From a virus (Duplodnaviria > Caudoviricetes): DNA of 64,000 bases. The stretch is from the IMG/VR virus record IMGVR_UViG_3300020036_003099, positions 9,614 to 73,613 of that record, one strand, 5' to 3'. The number at the start of each line of letters is the position of its first letter. Within the stretch, counting starts at the first letter, position 1. Below the pieces are notes generated by a model that saw only the letters and a program-made list of their open reading frames with translations, ran no database searches and was not told the origin of the DNA. This document shows, piece after piece, positions 1 to 9,955 of the stretch. Both the position numbers and the translations under genes were made by a program.

Positions 1-406
1 ACATTTTATACGTACGACCTACAGCGGAGACCTGAAGGACAGCTGAGGTAGCAGTACGGACAATGTAAGTGTTGTCTTCGTCGTCGTAAACTTTACCGTA
101 AACGCGGGCTTCACCGTTAAGAACGGGAACTCCACCTTTAGAAGATGTACCGGCTACGAAGTCTTTCGTGAACTGAAGTTGACCCGTAACTGGGTCTACG
201 TACTGGCAACCACCGAAAACGCCGTAGCAGTTTTTTGCGTTCGTGGCGATTACAATGTAACCTGCGGATAGTGCAACTGGATCACCTTCACCAATAGCTG
301 TGGCGTATCCATTACGAATCGGGTAGGTGTTAAATCCACACGAGTTGTACTGGCTTCCGAGCTTACGGGCGGGGGTGAATCCTTTTTGAATGTCTATGAA
401 AGGCAT
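1..406 (-). CDS. Capsid decoration/cement-like protein, 3' partial (runs off window start)
   Basis: Own translation from ATG at 406: MPFIDIQKGFTPARKLGSQYNSCGFNTYPIRNGYATAIGEGDPVAL...GVFGGCQYVDPVTG, open to position 1; lies downstream of the scaffold gene in the head module. Confidence 0.55.
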   Translation of the reverse strand, partial: MPFIDIQKGFTPARKLGSQYNSCGFNTYPIRNGYATAIGEGDPVALSAGYIVIATNAKNCYGVFGGCQYVDPVTGQLQFTKDFVAGTSSKGGVPVLNGEARVYGKVYDDEDNTYIVRTATSAVLQVSAVGRTYKM

Positions 407-471
407 AGTTTAAAGTTTCCCTTTTTATTTTATTTAAAGTACAAAAAGGCAAACATTCGCCTCTTTAGTTA

Positions 472-1011
472 CTAATCTCCGAAATCTATTTCTCGGGTCT
501 TAGTTGGTTGATCGCGGGTGGTTTTATAGTCACCTTTGAAATTGTGTTTACGAAGGTCGTCAACCAAAGCACGGCTGCGGTTCCTCGTTTCATTTTCCAG
601 GTAAGCCCTTTTCTTAGCTTTATGCGAAAGGGAGACCTTGGCTAAAACCAGATCCCCTACGGAGATTAGGTCTTTATGCTTATCGACTTCACTGGCGAAA
701 AATCCCGCTAGGGATGTGTTCATCTCAGGAACGTCTTCTTTAACCAGAAACGTATATTTGTCTGCCTCTTTTCGTTTGATGTTGTTAACATCCAACTCGC
801 CGTTATTCACGTAAACGCGAACCCATTGGAGATCATAACCCTGTCTTTTAAACCTATCGATGGCTGTCTGTGGAATATCCAAAGAACCAGGCGGTTTGTA
901 AGTTTCATCCAGATCTTCTGGAACGGGTGACTCTAGGGCCAATTCGGCTTCAATAGCAGGACTAATATCTTTAATCCTCATTTCTTGTTTCGGTTTGTAG
1001 TCTTTGGTCAT
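472..1011 (-). CDS. Conserved head-module hypothetical protein
   Basis: 179-aa ORF co-oriented between the scaffold-like and decoration-like genes. Confidence 0.6.
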   Translation of the reverse strand: MTKDYKPKQEMRIKDISPAIEAELALESPVPEDLDETYKPPGSLDIPQTAIDRFKRQGYDLQWVRVYVNNGELDVNNIKRKEADKYTFLVKEDVPEMNTSLAGFFASEVDKHKDLISVGDLVLAKVSLSHKAKKRAYLENETRNRSRALVDDLRKHNFKGDYKTTRDQPTKTREIDFGD

Positions 1012-1018
1012 TTTGCTT

Positions 1019-2101
1019 TTAATCCTTAAATATCTTTACGTAAGAGGAGCCTTGCTTTTCAGCGATTTCCAATTTTCTTTTTTCTTTTGCGTAGTCCAAA
1101 TACGAAACTCCCATGAGGTCCGCTAAGGATTTTTCTTCAGCACTAAGTGTGATTTTATTGGAAGGTGGGGCTTTACGAGAAGAGGATCGGCTGGTGCCTA
1201 AGACTTTCTGCGAAATCTTTTTCTTTTGAGTGTTTTTAACGTCACCGCTCTTTGACGAAGTTTCTTCTTCTTCGGAGTCTAGATCATCTTCCTTGTCTTT
1301 CGCAAGTCCTAGCTTAATTAATCTTTTGTCTATCAAATCATAAAACTCTTTTGACTCTGGGTCGTAGCCTTTACGGATCAAACTTTCGTTGTAAATTTTA
1401 ACTTCTTGGATACGCTCTATGTCGTCACGACCTTCAGGGTCTAAAAACCAGGAGTTGTTTTTAATCCAGGTTTGCGTAGCTTTTGGGGCATTTTCAAGTT
1501 TAGGTTGCTTTTGAACAACAACCTCTTCCTCTTCTTCCTCTTCAGGTTCCAGAATAGGATCTGGTTTCCAGCTGTCGAGGGCTTTCAAAGCCAACTGAGC
1601 GTCACCCAGTTTGGCAGTAAGTTCAACAATCGCTTCAGAGTTGTCTTCTTCGTGAGCCTTTGTTAGTTGCTTTTTGGTAGCCTCTAGGATTGCCGCATAG
1701 GAGACCTTCTGGGATTCCACGGTGTTCTTAAGGGTTTCCTGTTTGTCTTTTTTAGCTTTAAAGAGTTCTTGTTTCTGATCTTTTAAAGCTTTAACCAAAG
1801 CTGCCCGCGCTTTTTCAGCCTCTTCGGCTCTACGCTCAGCCTCTTTTGCTTTGGCGTTTAACTCCCGTATGCGCTCGTTGGCGCGGGATTTTTTAGGAAC
1901 GGCGGGTTCTTCGTCCTCTTCTTCATCGTTCGTGCTGAAACTGATTTCGTCATCGGTTTTACCGGTGTCTTCTTGGTCAGTATCTTCGTCCTCATCATCT
2001 TCTTCTTCGAGACCTTCAAGTTCAAGATCTTCGTCGTCTTCCAAATCGTCTGTTTTTAAGTTTTTATAGTCGTCTGGGTTAATAGGTGTCCATTTAGTCA
2101 T
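1019..2101 (-). CDS. Capsid scaffolding protein (putative)
   Basis: Highly acidic N-terminus, long coiled coil (RANERIRELNAKAKEAERRAEEAEK), basic C-terminal tail; position after portal and GroES. Confidence 0.7.
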   Translation of the reverse strand: MTKWTPINPDDYKNLKTDDLEDDEDLELEGLEEEDDEDEDTDQEDTGKTDDEISFSTNDEEEDEEPAVPKKSRANERIRELNAKAKEAERRAEEAEKARAALVKALKDQKQELFKAKKDKQETLKNTVESQKVSYAAILEATKKQLTKAHEEDNSEAIVELTAKLGDAQLALKALDSWKPDPILEPEEEEEEEVVVQKQPKLENAPKATQTWIKNNSWFLDPEGRDDIERIQEVKIYNESLIRKGYDPESKEFYDLIDKRLIKLGLAKDKEDDLDSEEEETSSKSGDVKNTQKKKISQKVLGTSRSSSRKAPPSNKITLSAEEKSLADLMGVSYLDYAKEKRKLEIAEKQGSSYVKIFKD

Positions 2102-2138
2102 TTTTCGCTGTTAACGCTGTACAGTGGCGGGGTAGTGT

Positions 2139-2552
2139 TTAGGAGTTCGGAACCACTCCTATGTTGAATTTGGGGTCAATAGTCGCAGGATCGTCAATGA
2201 CTGCCAGGACCCGATCACAGGCAATCAAAAGAACCGGAACACCCCGTAGGAGTATTTTGGTTCCAGAATTTTTAGGGAGTAAAACGTAGTCGCCAGGTTT
2301 ACACCAAGCAACACCCTTAAAGGCTTCTTGTGTGTAAGCCATGGGGCCCACAGCTAAAACCAAAGCTACGTTATTCAAATAAGCCACGTCATCTCTGGCT
2401 TCGTCCGGCAAGATAATGCCACCTTTGGTTTTTTCGTCTACTTTCGTAGGTTGAACCAAAATGTTCCAACCCTGTAGGTTAAACCCCGAGAAATCTACAG
2501 GGCCTTCACTCATTTTCGTTTTAGTTTCGTCTAGAATTGTTAAAGTCTTCAT
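2139..2552 (-). CDS. groES: Co-chaperonin GroES-like protein
   Basis: GWNILVQP...EKTKGGIILPD mobile loop, VLAVGP, KPGDYV, DRVLAVI motifs. Confidence 0.88.
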   Translation of the reverse strand: MKTLTILDETKTKMSEGPVDFSGFNLQGWNILVQPTKVDEKTKGGIILPDEARDDVAYLNNVALVLAVGPMAYTQEAFKGVAWCKPGDYVLLPKNSGTKILLRGVPVLLIACDRVLAVIDDPATIDPKFNIGVVPNS

Positions 2553-2787
2553 CGGCTTCGTCTTCGTTACGATACAACTTGTCGTAGATCTCGTTGAAAA
2601 TCTCCAAAGATTCCTCTAGGGTCACCACGTAGACACAAGCTTTTTTATAAGCCAACTCATCAAAGTGACCTTTGCAAATAAGGTCTTTGTGATCGTTGAT
2701 CCTCGTGGTCAGTTCTTTGATAAAAATCTTTTTTAGTTGTTCATTCATCCAGCTGAATAGTTTATTCGCTTTAATATGTAAAGTCAA
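2521..2787 (-). CDS. Hypothetical protein (head module)
   Basis: 88-aa ORF between portal and GroES, same strand. Confidence 0.55.
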   Translation of the reverse strand: MTLHIKANKLFSWMNEQLKKIFIKELTTRINDHKDLICKGHFDELAYKKACVYVVTLEESLEIFNEIYDKLYRNEDEADEDFNNSRRN

Positions 2788-2792
2788 AACTT

Positions 2793-5222
2793 TTATTCTT
2801 TAGTTTTTGGTTTCTCGGTTTTGGCTTTAGCAGTTCTGTCTTTCTCCTTAGACGCAACATCGATAGCTTTTGAAACAAAGTCAGACATCTGTTTCATTTG
2901 AGCTTGCGTTTGCTGGGTTTCCGCTTGCATAGCCGCAACAACCAATTTGTTTTCTTCGGCTTGCTGCTTGAGAGCCAGCTCCATGGATTTCAAGGTGCGC
3001 TCGAAAAGACTTTCTTGCATTTCAAGTTGTAGCTTTCTACCTTCGTTTTGAGCCCGCATGACTTCAGCATCAGCCAGTTTATTCTTGGCACCGTCCACAC
3101 CTTGGGCTTCCAGCTCGGCCAGTCTTTGGTTTGTTTGAGCGATCTTCTGAGCGGCTTGACCGACAATTTGTTCGTTCATTTGCTGGTTAGGATCGCCGCC
3201 AGCGATGGTGCCGCTAATGCTTTCTTGGAACTTCAAGATAACGTGCTCTTGAATGTTCGCTTGGATTATCGGAATAATAGCTTGCATAAAAGGTGAGCCA
3301 CCGCTTTGGGGATCTTGTAAGAAAGCCGACTTCACTTGGATGTGACTGTCGTGATCCTGTCCAGGGAAAGCCTTTATAGGTTTACCTTGCTGGGCCGCTA
3401 AAAGATCTGAAATAGGATCTTGCTCTTGAGGTTGCTCGGGGTCAGGTAGGAAAAGAGTTATCTTTTGTGTATCTACACCCAAGGACTCGTAGTATTCCTT
3501 TGTCACGGCCCTGATGTCGTGGATCTGCGGGGTTTGCATAGCCGCCGTGTAGATGGCTTGTGCCTGTGTCATACGCTGCGCCTGAGACGAGATGTTGGGG
3601 TCTGACTGTGGAACCACGTCAACTCTACCGTCATAGTCACTCTTTTGGATCTCAAAAGTGTCACCTACAACGTCAAACTCTTCGACTTCACCCAGATACT
3701 CGTAGTTGATACGTGCCAGGATCTTGAACTCTTCCTTTTGGGCTTTGTGAAGACGCTTGTGAACCCCGGAGAAAAACTTGGAAGAAGCCTCTAAAAGAGC
3801 CATCGTGGTTCCTACAGGGCCGTAGTTCGTAGAGTCGGCAATCATTTGCTCGGCTGTATCAGCAAACTTCTGGGCGCGTTCTTCGACAAACTGGTACATC
3901 TGCAAAAGTGTAACCGAGGGTTCTTTGAAAGGCATAAGCTTGAAAGCTTTGTCCAGATCCAGACCACCACACTCAACTTCTTTAAACTGTCCAGGTCCTA
4001 AAGGTCCATCGTCACGAAGTCTGAGGCGTTTGTCTACAAACCCTGCGTTTAGGTTGGCAAACATACCAGAATCAATAAGGGCCCTCATGGTCGAAGTTAG
4101 GGTCATCTGCAGGTTTCCCAAGAGGTGAATGTACCCGAGCCCATAGAAGCCCATACCAGGAACAAATTTATAGTGCGTGAAAACTTGCAACCTTTCTTTT
4201 TTCAGGTCTTCCTCAGCCCAGCCTCGGCGGATGGCCAGAACTGTTTGCGTTTCTCTTTCAAAAGTCAAAATGTAAGGTAAGGCTAAACCGTCAGGATCTG
4301 CAAATCTACCGGGGAGATCCAGATATGTGTGCTGTTCCACAAGTGTGTAAACCCTGTCGGCATCCGAGGGGTTGAAGCCCATGATGTCGTCAACCGCTTG
4401 GGTCAAATCACCTTCATCTCCGTAGCCCACGGGGGCTCCCAGATCGACATCTTTGTAGACACCTTGTACTTTCAACTTTTTAAGCTCGTCACCGTTGACA
4501 GACATCACATGTGAAAATGTGTGTGCGCTTTCCAGGTTTGTCGTCGTATAAGGAACGATCAGACTATCCACCGAAACATATTCCGAAGCTGGGCGCTTAA
4601 GAGCCGAGTCGTAGTAAGTCTTTTTAAAACAAGAACCGATAATAGGCAAAAAGAACAAAAGCGTTTCCTGTTCGTCAAAAAACTCCTTTATTTGCTCCAT
4701 AACCTGGTAGTTCATGTGGGCTCTGACCCTTTGGGCCTGACTTTCTTTTTCAGGCGTGACTTTCCCTAGAACCTGTGTTTTCACGGGTCCTTTAGGGTTA
4801 AAGAGCTCTGTTGAAGCCTTTGCCTGGAACTTAACCGCAGACTCAAGGATGAGCGGGTGATGGGCGCTGCAAGCGCCAGGAAAGGGGTCGTTTGTTTCTT
4901 CGATACGGGTTCCTAAAAGGGATAAACCACCTTTGATGCCATCCAACCACTGCTTCCGAGAGCTCTCCGCATCGACCAGCTGCTCGTAACCATTAGCGGC
5001 GATGGCTTGGAGCTCTTGTTCATCCAGGAACTCCGCGATGTTCTCGTCAAAGTCAAAGTCACCTTCGGTGAAGGGGTCCTCACCTTCCTCGGTGTCCTGG
5101 GGTTCAAAGTCAAACTCCGTAGAGCCATCGTCAAACTCCGTAACTCCCACCGATTCATCAGGGGCATCAAAAGGTGTTTGCTCTGCCAAGGCAGAACCTA
5201 AAGGGTTTTTAGTCGTTATCAA
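2793..5222 (-). CDS. Portal protein
   Basis: 809 aa directly after TerL; PFPGACSAHHPLILESAVKFQA, RVRAHMNYQ, GFYGLGYIHLLG, GPVGTTMALLE; C-terminal coiled coil. Confidence 0.9.
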   Translation of the reverse strand: MITTKNPLGSALAEQTPFDAPDESVGVTEFDDGSTEFDFEPQDTEEGEDPFTEGDFDFDENIAEFLDEQELQAIAANGYEQLVDAESSRKQWLDGIKGGLSLLGTRIEETNDPFPGACSAHHPLILESAVKFQAKASTELFNPKGPVKTQVLGKVTPEKESQAQRVRAHMNYQVMEQIKEFFDEQETLLFFLPIIGSCFKKTYYDSALKRPASEYVSVDSLIVPYTTTNLESAHTFSHVMSVNGDELKKLKVQGVYKDVDLGAPVGYGDEGDLTQAVDDIMGFNPSDADRVYTLVEQHTYLDLPGRFADPDGLALPYILTFERETQTVLAIRRGWAEEDLKKERLQVFTHYKFVPGMGFYGLGYIHLLGNLQMTLTSTMRALIDSGMFANLNAGFVDKRLRLRDDGPLGPGQFKEVECGGLDLDKAFKLMPFKEPSVTLLQMYQFVEERAQKFADTAEQMIADSTNYGPVGTTMALLEASSKFFSGVHKRLHKAQKEEFKILARINYEYLGEVEEFDVVGDTFEIQKSDYDGRVDVVPQSDPNISSQAQRMTQAQAIYTAAMQTPQIHDIRAVTKEYYESLGVDTQKITLFLPDPEQPQEQDPISDLLAAQQGKPIKAFPGQDHDSHIQVKSAFLQDPQSGGSPFMQAIIPIIQANIQEHVILKFQESISGTIAGGDPNQQMNEQIVGQAAQKIAQTNQRLAELEAQGVDGAKNKLADAEVMRAQNEGRKLQLEMQESLFERTLKSMELALKQQAEENKLVVAAMQAETQQTQAQMKQMSDFVSKAIDVASKEKDRTAKAKTEKPKTKE

Positions 5223-5242
5223 AGGAATTTGTGTCCGCGTGT

Positions 5243-7021
5243 TTATAAACGGCCCGCTAAGGCAGACCAGTAAGTGCTTTGAGGTTTGGCGTTATTGTCT
5301 CGATCTTCGTCTTCTGGATCGGTGTAGTCGTATTTTTCGTGTCTGATTATACCGTTATCGCGCATCCAGATAACAGCCATCGATACGGTGTCGGTAAAGT
5401 CGTCATTTGCAGCGCTGGGAAAAGAACAAACTTCTTCCACCACGTCCACGGCCCAGTCCTTGTCCACAGGAACCCAGACCCTACCAGCCCGCATAAGGAT
5501 ACTTGCAGCTTGCAACCGCTCCTCTTTCTTTGCGCGGGGATCGTAAGGAATGCAAGGGAACCCTCGATTATACAACTCAGCCAAAAGCCCGATCCCTGAC
5601 TGCTTCTTCTCTACAACAAAATAATCTGGGTTAAACCTGGCCCGTAAGTTTTCACATTTCTGACACAGCTCGTGAAAGTCCCACTTTCCCTTTTCGGCGT
5701 CCAAAAGAAGCAAACTGGGGACCCAGATGGTTCCTTCCGTCGTTTCCTTCGCAACGTGAAAAACTCCCCAGACTGTAACCGCTGAAAAGTCAGATCTCTC
5801 TGTCTCCTGATACGCGGTGTCCATCGAGACGATTATCTGGGAGACCTTAGGTTTTCCCTTGATCTCTTCGTCCCACCACTGCCAGTCCGTATGTTTGACA
5901 ATGTTCCCATCTTGAGGGATGGGATTTTGCATATACAACGCCCACCACTTGTAAGGCTCGGTGGACATGTAGTTCGACTTTAACTCCTCAAGCTCTTCAA
6001 TAGGCTTCCATTCGGGCCAATAGGATGTTCCCATCTCATACCAGCCTTCAGGATCTCCTGGACGCTTCAGCAGCTTTGACCCTGCCTCGTCCAAAATAGC
6101 TGGGACACAAACGATCTTCCAGGGCCGCTTGCTCTTGGCGTCCACCTTCAGGAGGAATCCTGAGGGGTCGTCCAGAACCCATCGTGTGTTAACCATCAGC
6201 TCGGCAGCTCCTGGTTGGCTCCGTGAGCGGATACCTGGGATGTAGTTGTTGTTGATCTTCGTACGCTCTGTCTTGGAGAAAGCCGTTTGTTCGGAAAGCA
6301 TATCGTCGCAAATTATAAAATCCCCACCTCGACCAGCAATCCCTGTTCCGGCACCGGCGCAGAAGTAACCGCCACCGAGGGTCGTAAAGAACCGCTGGGC
6401 TGCTGAAGCCTTGGGGTCCAGCTGGGTTCTGGGGAAAATCGATTGGTATTCTTCGGTTGCCAAGAAGTTCTTTAAAGGTCTGCCAAACACATCGATGGCT
6501 GTTTGCACCGATCCGCCAATCAGCAGTACGCGGAACCGAGGGTTTCGCCCTAGGACCCACGCAGGGAACAGGATAGAACACAGGACGCTCTTCATCGATC
6601 TTGGGGGCAGGAAGACCTGTAGGCGCTCTGTACGCCTCTTGGGGTCCACGTAGCTCTCGTAAAGGCTCTGAAGATGATCACAGATGATCTCTATGTGTCG
6701 CCCTGTCTTAAACTTGTTGGGGATCACAACCTCAGCTGTGAGCTTTACAAACGTGTAGAAGTCAAACCTGGCCTCGTTGATTACCAGGTTTAAAAGAAAG
6801 TCACGAACCCTTTCCCTGATTATGGGCGGTACAGAGGATGTTTGCTCGGTCAAGAAGGACACGATCTTCGAACGCAAGCTCTTGAGCCTGAGGAGCTCCT
6901 CTGGTAGGGTTATGAGGTAATCAGCTACGTGGATACGCTCACCTTCGGTTAAAGAACTGTATTCGCTCTTTAAAAGGGATTCGACCAGCTGCTTTTGGGA
7001 TGTTATAGTTTCCTGTGACAA
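5243..7021 (-). CDS. terL: Terminase large subunit (TTG start uncertain)
   Basis: Walker A variant LPPRSMKS, Walker B IICDD, coupling motif NTRW, nuclease SMDTAY...SDFSA...DDFTDT. Confidence 0.93.
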   Translation of the reverse strand: MSQETITSQKQLVESLLKSEYSSLTEGERIHVADYLITLPEELLRLKSLRSKIVSFLTEQTSSVPPIIRERVRDFLLNLVINEARFDFYTFVKLTAEVVIPNKFKTGRHIEIICDHLQSLYESYVDPKRRTERLQVFLPPRSMKSVLCSILFPAWVLGRNPRFRVLLIGGSVQTAIDVFGRPLKNFLATEEYQSIFPRTQLDPKASAAQRFFTTLGGGYFCAGAGTGIAGRGGDFIICDDMLSEQTAFSKTERTKINNNYIPGIRSRSQPGAAELMVNTRWVLDDPSGFLLKVDAKSKRPWKIVCVPAILDEAGSKLLKRPGDPEGWYEMGTSYWPEWKPIEELEELKSNYMSTEPYKWWALYMQNPIPQDGNIVKHTDWQWWDEEIKGKPKVSQIIVSMDTAYQETERSDFSAVTVWGVFHVAKETTEGTIWVPSLLLLDAEKGKWDFHELCQKCENLRARFNPDYFVVEKKQSGIGLLAELYNRGFPCIPYDPRAKKEERLQAASILMRAGRVWVPVDKDWAVDVVEEVCSFPSAANDDFTDTVSMAVIWMRDNGIIRHEKYDYTDPEDEDRDNNAKPQSTYWSALAGRL

Positions 7022-7029
7022 AAAAAAGG

Positions 7030-7870
7030 GATCACCCTTAAAACAAGGGCTTCATTTACAATATGTAAAGTCTAAAGGGTTTTTTGTTCAAAAACAAGAC
7101 AAAGTTAAAATCTTGTCAATAGGTAAACGAAAAAATATTTTTAACCCTTTCCTACCTCATGGGTTAATCTTAAGGGTAAACAGGTCCTTAAGTGAAAACA
7201 ATGAGTTATCTACCTTTTAGGGTTTTCTTTAGATTTCTAAAGTGTGTTAAAAAGATCACTTACAAGAGTTTAAAGAAAATATTTTTCTTGACTTAAAGAG
7301 ATCATAGTTTATACTAATATTTAGATCTCTCTCCCTTATGGTTTACCCTTATGAATTCTCAAAGGTAAAAAGGGTCAATAATAAGTTTAAACAATATGAG
7401 TTTTATCTCTCTTATGTTAATCCTTTTATGATTAAATCATTAATGATTAAACAATAACAGTTGTAGCCGCAAAAGATGACCTTTAAAGTTAATAACTGTT
7501 ATAGATTATCCTTTTATCTTTTCCTTAAAAATAAAAGCTATTATTGATTATACCCTTTATCATTAATCAATGTTATCTTACTCTTAAGGGTTAAGATCAG
7601 CGATAGGGTTGGTCCCTGAGGGTTAATCTTAAGGAAGGGTAAATACCAGTTTTAATTTATGTTGATTAGTTAATAAGGAGAGCTAAAGCTCAGGAGTACG
7701 CCTCTACGAGGCTAGTGCCGCGATCTTAGTAACTTGAGAATATATTAAGTTAGATACTTATAAAGTAAAACCCCCTAGGGATTCCTAAGGGGTTCGTTGC
7801 ACTCAACGTACTAGCGTAGCGTTGTTTAGTTATAAGTGGCTGATAATAAAAGAGTAAACTGTCTCTTCTT
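7030..7870. other. AT-rich non-coding spacer between terS and terL
   Basis: No ORF of 60 aa or more; low-complexity AT-rich DNA with palindromes and a plus-strand TTGACT-N16-TATACT at 7288-7315. Confidence 0.6.
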
Positions 7871-7879
7871 CAAAGAAAC

Positions 7880-8374
7880 TTAATTGATTATAGTATCTTC
7901 AGGGACCTCTACAGCTTCCCCTTTAGATTTTCCTAAGACGTTGGCAAATCTATCCAGGTCTTTTTGCAAATCTCCACTCTTATCAGTCAAGCCTTCTCCT
8001 TTCGTTATCTTCGTCACCTCAGACTTCTTCACTTCAAAGCCGCCTATGGCATCCAGCCTTTCCAAAGCTTTAATAGCTCCAGCAGCCTGTCCCTTAGACA
8101 TGCAAAGCTGGTAGATCTCGTGGTATTTCCGTATTTGTTCCTGGACATCCAAACCATACGTCTCAGCACGATCTTCTTTCAGCTCTTCAATCCTACGGAT
8201 AATCCTAGGGTCCTTCTCCAGACCATGCCCTTGTTTCCCTGGGTAGTTCGAATTAGGATACGCCATCCTAGCAGCCATCGTCTTCGTTTTACCCGAAGCT
8301 CTTTGTTCGCAATAGATCTCCATGGCCGGTGAAAGGTCACCCCCAGGGAAATCAAAGTCAGATTCATTACTCAT
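7880..8374 (-). CDS. terS: Terminase small subunit
   Basis: N-terminal HTH-like segment (KTKTMAARMAYP...LEKDPRIIRRIEEL), AAGAIKALERLDAIGG; upstream of terL. Confidence 0.75.
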   Translation of the reverse strand: MSNESDFDFPGGDLSPAMEIYCEQRASGKTKTMAARMAYPNSNYPGKQGHGLEKDPRIIRRIEELKEDRAETYGLDVQEQIRKYHEIYQLCMSKGQAAGAIKALERLDAIGGFEVKKSEVTKITKGEGLTDKSGDLQKDLDRFANVLGKSKGEAVEVPEDTIIN

Positions 8375-8860
8375 TGGTCAATCGTCTCATTCAGTATACT
8401 TCCTCAAAATCCTACGGATTTATGAAGATCACTTTTTCCAAATTTTGAAAAAAAAAAAAGATACCTCTTCTTCTTTTACGTTTCCCCTGAAGAGGCCCGC
8501 CGGTGCTTCTGCACTTGGCACTTTTCTCCTACAGAAAAAAGATACCCCAGGTGGCTCTCAGGAGGTTCCCTGATGCCCTCAGAAAAAGCTCGTGTGGGTG
8601 GGTACCTGAGACATCATAGGGGTTTTCTAGGGGTTCCACAAGGGAACCTACGGGGTTCTAGTCGAGCCAAAAATTTCCAAAAATATTAGACACGCTTAGT
8701 ACACATTTAAGGGGACCCCCTAGATTTTCCTTGGGGGGTTGCCATAATCCGTTTACATATATCAGAGGGTTTCCATACTATATATTATCACATTAGGATT
8801 GTTAGGGATATCAATGGGTTAACCTAGAGGGGACCTTAGGGGTCTGTACTATGTCTATTC

Positions 8861-8889
8861 ATCATACGTTTGTTCTACTGTTATGTCAA
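8861..8889 (-). promoter_or_regulatory. sigma70-type promoter facing terS
   Basis: Minus strand TTGACA-N17-TATGAT. Confidence 0.65.
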
Positions 8890-9157
8890 TCATATTCAGG
8901 AAATTAGTCATATTATATCTTATCGATACCTAACACGTTGCGATGAATACAACCTATGGTTTTAAGGTATTATAATACCGCATGACACTCATGAACCCCT
9001 TAGGGTTTCTTATGGTAAACCCTTAAGGTATCCATCGAGGTTATGTCTATTCATGTTATGTTAAGTATTCAAGCGCTACGCTTGCGTACATTGTCAACCA
9101 ATATTATCTATTGACTTACTCATTAGGGTATGTCTTGAGGGTTTACTTATGCGTTTA

Positions 9158-9185
9158 TTGCATAACAGGGTTGCAAACATATCAT
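9158..9185 (+). promoter_or_regulatory. Putative early sigma70 promoter
   Basis: TTGCAT-N16-TATCAT upstream of the first plus-strand ORF. Confidence 0.4.
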
Positions 9186-9243
9186 AAACACTCAAGTGAA
9201 ATACGTGTTAGTCTGGTCTTAGTTAAATAGATAACGTCAAAGA

Positions 9244-9444
9244 TTGAAAGGGGATAAAGAGATGAATGCAATACAAACTGTTAAGCTACCTAACGTTTAC
9301 TCAAATGCAGGCAAGCGGGATAAAACCTTAAACAAATATTTTAATATGCCCGAATTCGTTATGAGGAACGGGGTTATGATTAACATAAGAGACCATAACA
9401 AAACGTTAGGGATCAACGGTTCGCGTAAAGCTATTAAGGGCTAG
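9244..9444 (+). CDS. Early hypothetical protein
   Basis: First plus-strand ORF; SD-like GAAAGGGA precedes the internal ATG. Confidence 0.5.
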   Translation: MKGDKEMNAIQTVKLPNVYSNAGKRDKTLNKYFNMPEFVMRNGVMINIRDHNKTLGINGSRKAIKG

Positions 9445-9452
9445 GCTTAACA

Positions 9453-9482
9453 GAAACCCTTAAGGGTATCCAAAGGGGTTTC
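9453..9482 (+). terminator. Hairpin (terminator or RNase III-type site)
   Basis: GAAACCCTTAAGG-GTAT-CCAAAGGGGTTTC; related hairpins at 7769-7794, 9733-9762, 10167-10188. Confidence 0.45.
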
Positions 9483-9778
9483 GATTAAGACTATCTAAAG
9501 GTTTTAGGTTCTCAATGACCAGATATTGGGGGAATGAATGACAAGGAACATTCGCGCATACAAATCCTTGTTATCTACACGGGACCGACCTGTTATTGAT
9601 TAGACCATCTTAGGGAGAATAGACGCGATAGGTTCGCGCTTGTCCTAGGAAAGGGAGTTTAAAAGCACTCGCAAGCGGTAAGTGAGAATTTGTCTCACAA
9701 ATTGGAACGTAAAACAAATAATCCTGTCTAATAAAACCCTTTGGGATAATCTAGGGGCTTTATCTGAAAGGATTTTAA

Positions 9779-9955
9779 ATGAATATTGTAGACCATACAA
9801 ACAAAGCTTTAACAGGTAAACAAAAAGAAGTTATGTTAACTCACATTGAACAAGGTTTTGTAGGTAGGTGTATTCACTGTGATATGACTTTTATTGTGAC
9901 TAAACACTGCACTATTGACAAAGAAACAAGCGGCTTTGAATGCGGCTGTCTTTAA
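9779..9955 (+). CDS. Small Cys-rich early protein (58 aa, not in ORF track)
   Basis: SD GAAAGGA; MNIVDHTNK...GRCIHCD...KHC...FECGCL. Confidence 0.55.
   Translation: MNIVDHTNKALTGKQKEVMLTHIEQGFVGRCIHCDMTFIVTKHCTIDKETSGFECGCL

Larger units (their letters stand above)
8575..9240. other. Divergent control region; probable genome terminus/pac site or origin
   Basis: Non-coding, transcription direction switches here; GGGGACCCCC...GGGGGG box at about 8711-8740; repeated TATGTC(T/A)AT(T)CAT. Confidence 0.5.

Noticed and set aside
3048-6653. Multiple 60-130 aa ORFs inside portal and TerL
   Set aside because: These are antisense or alternate-frame shadows of well-supported genes; the same applies to most short overlapping ORFs elsewhere in the track.
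7030-7870. Self-splicing intron in the terminase region
   Set aside because: TerL and TerS each look complete, and no group I core or group II end motifs were seen.
8322-8573. 83-aa plus-strand ORF
   Set aside because: It overlaps the terS start antisense, contains a long poly-A run and has no SD.
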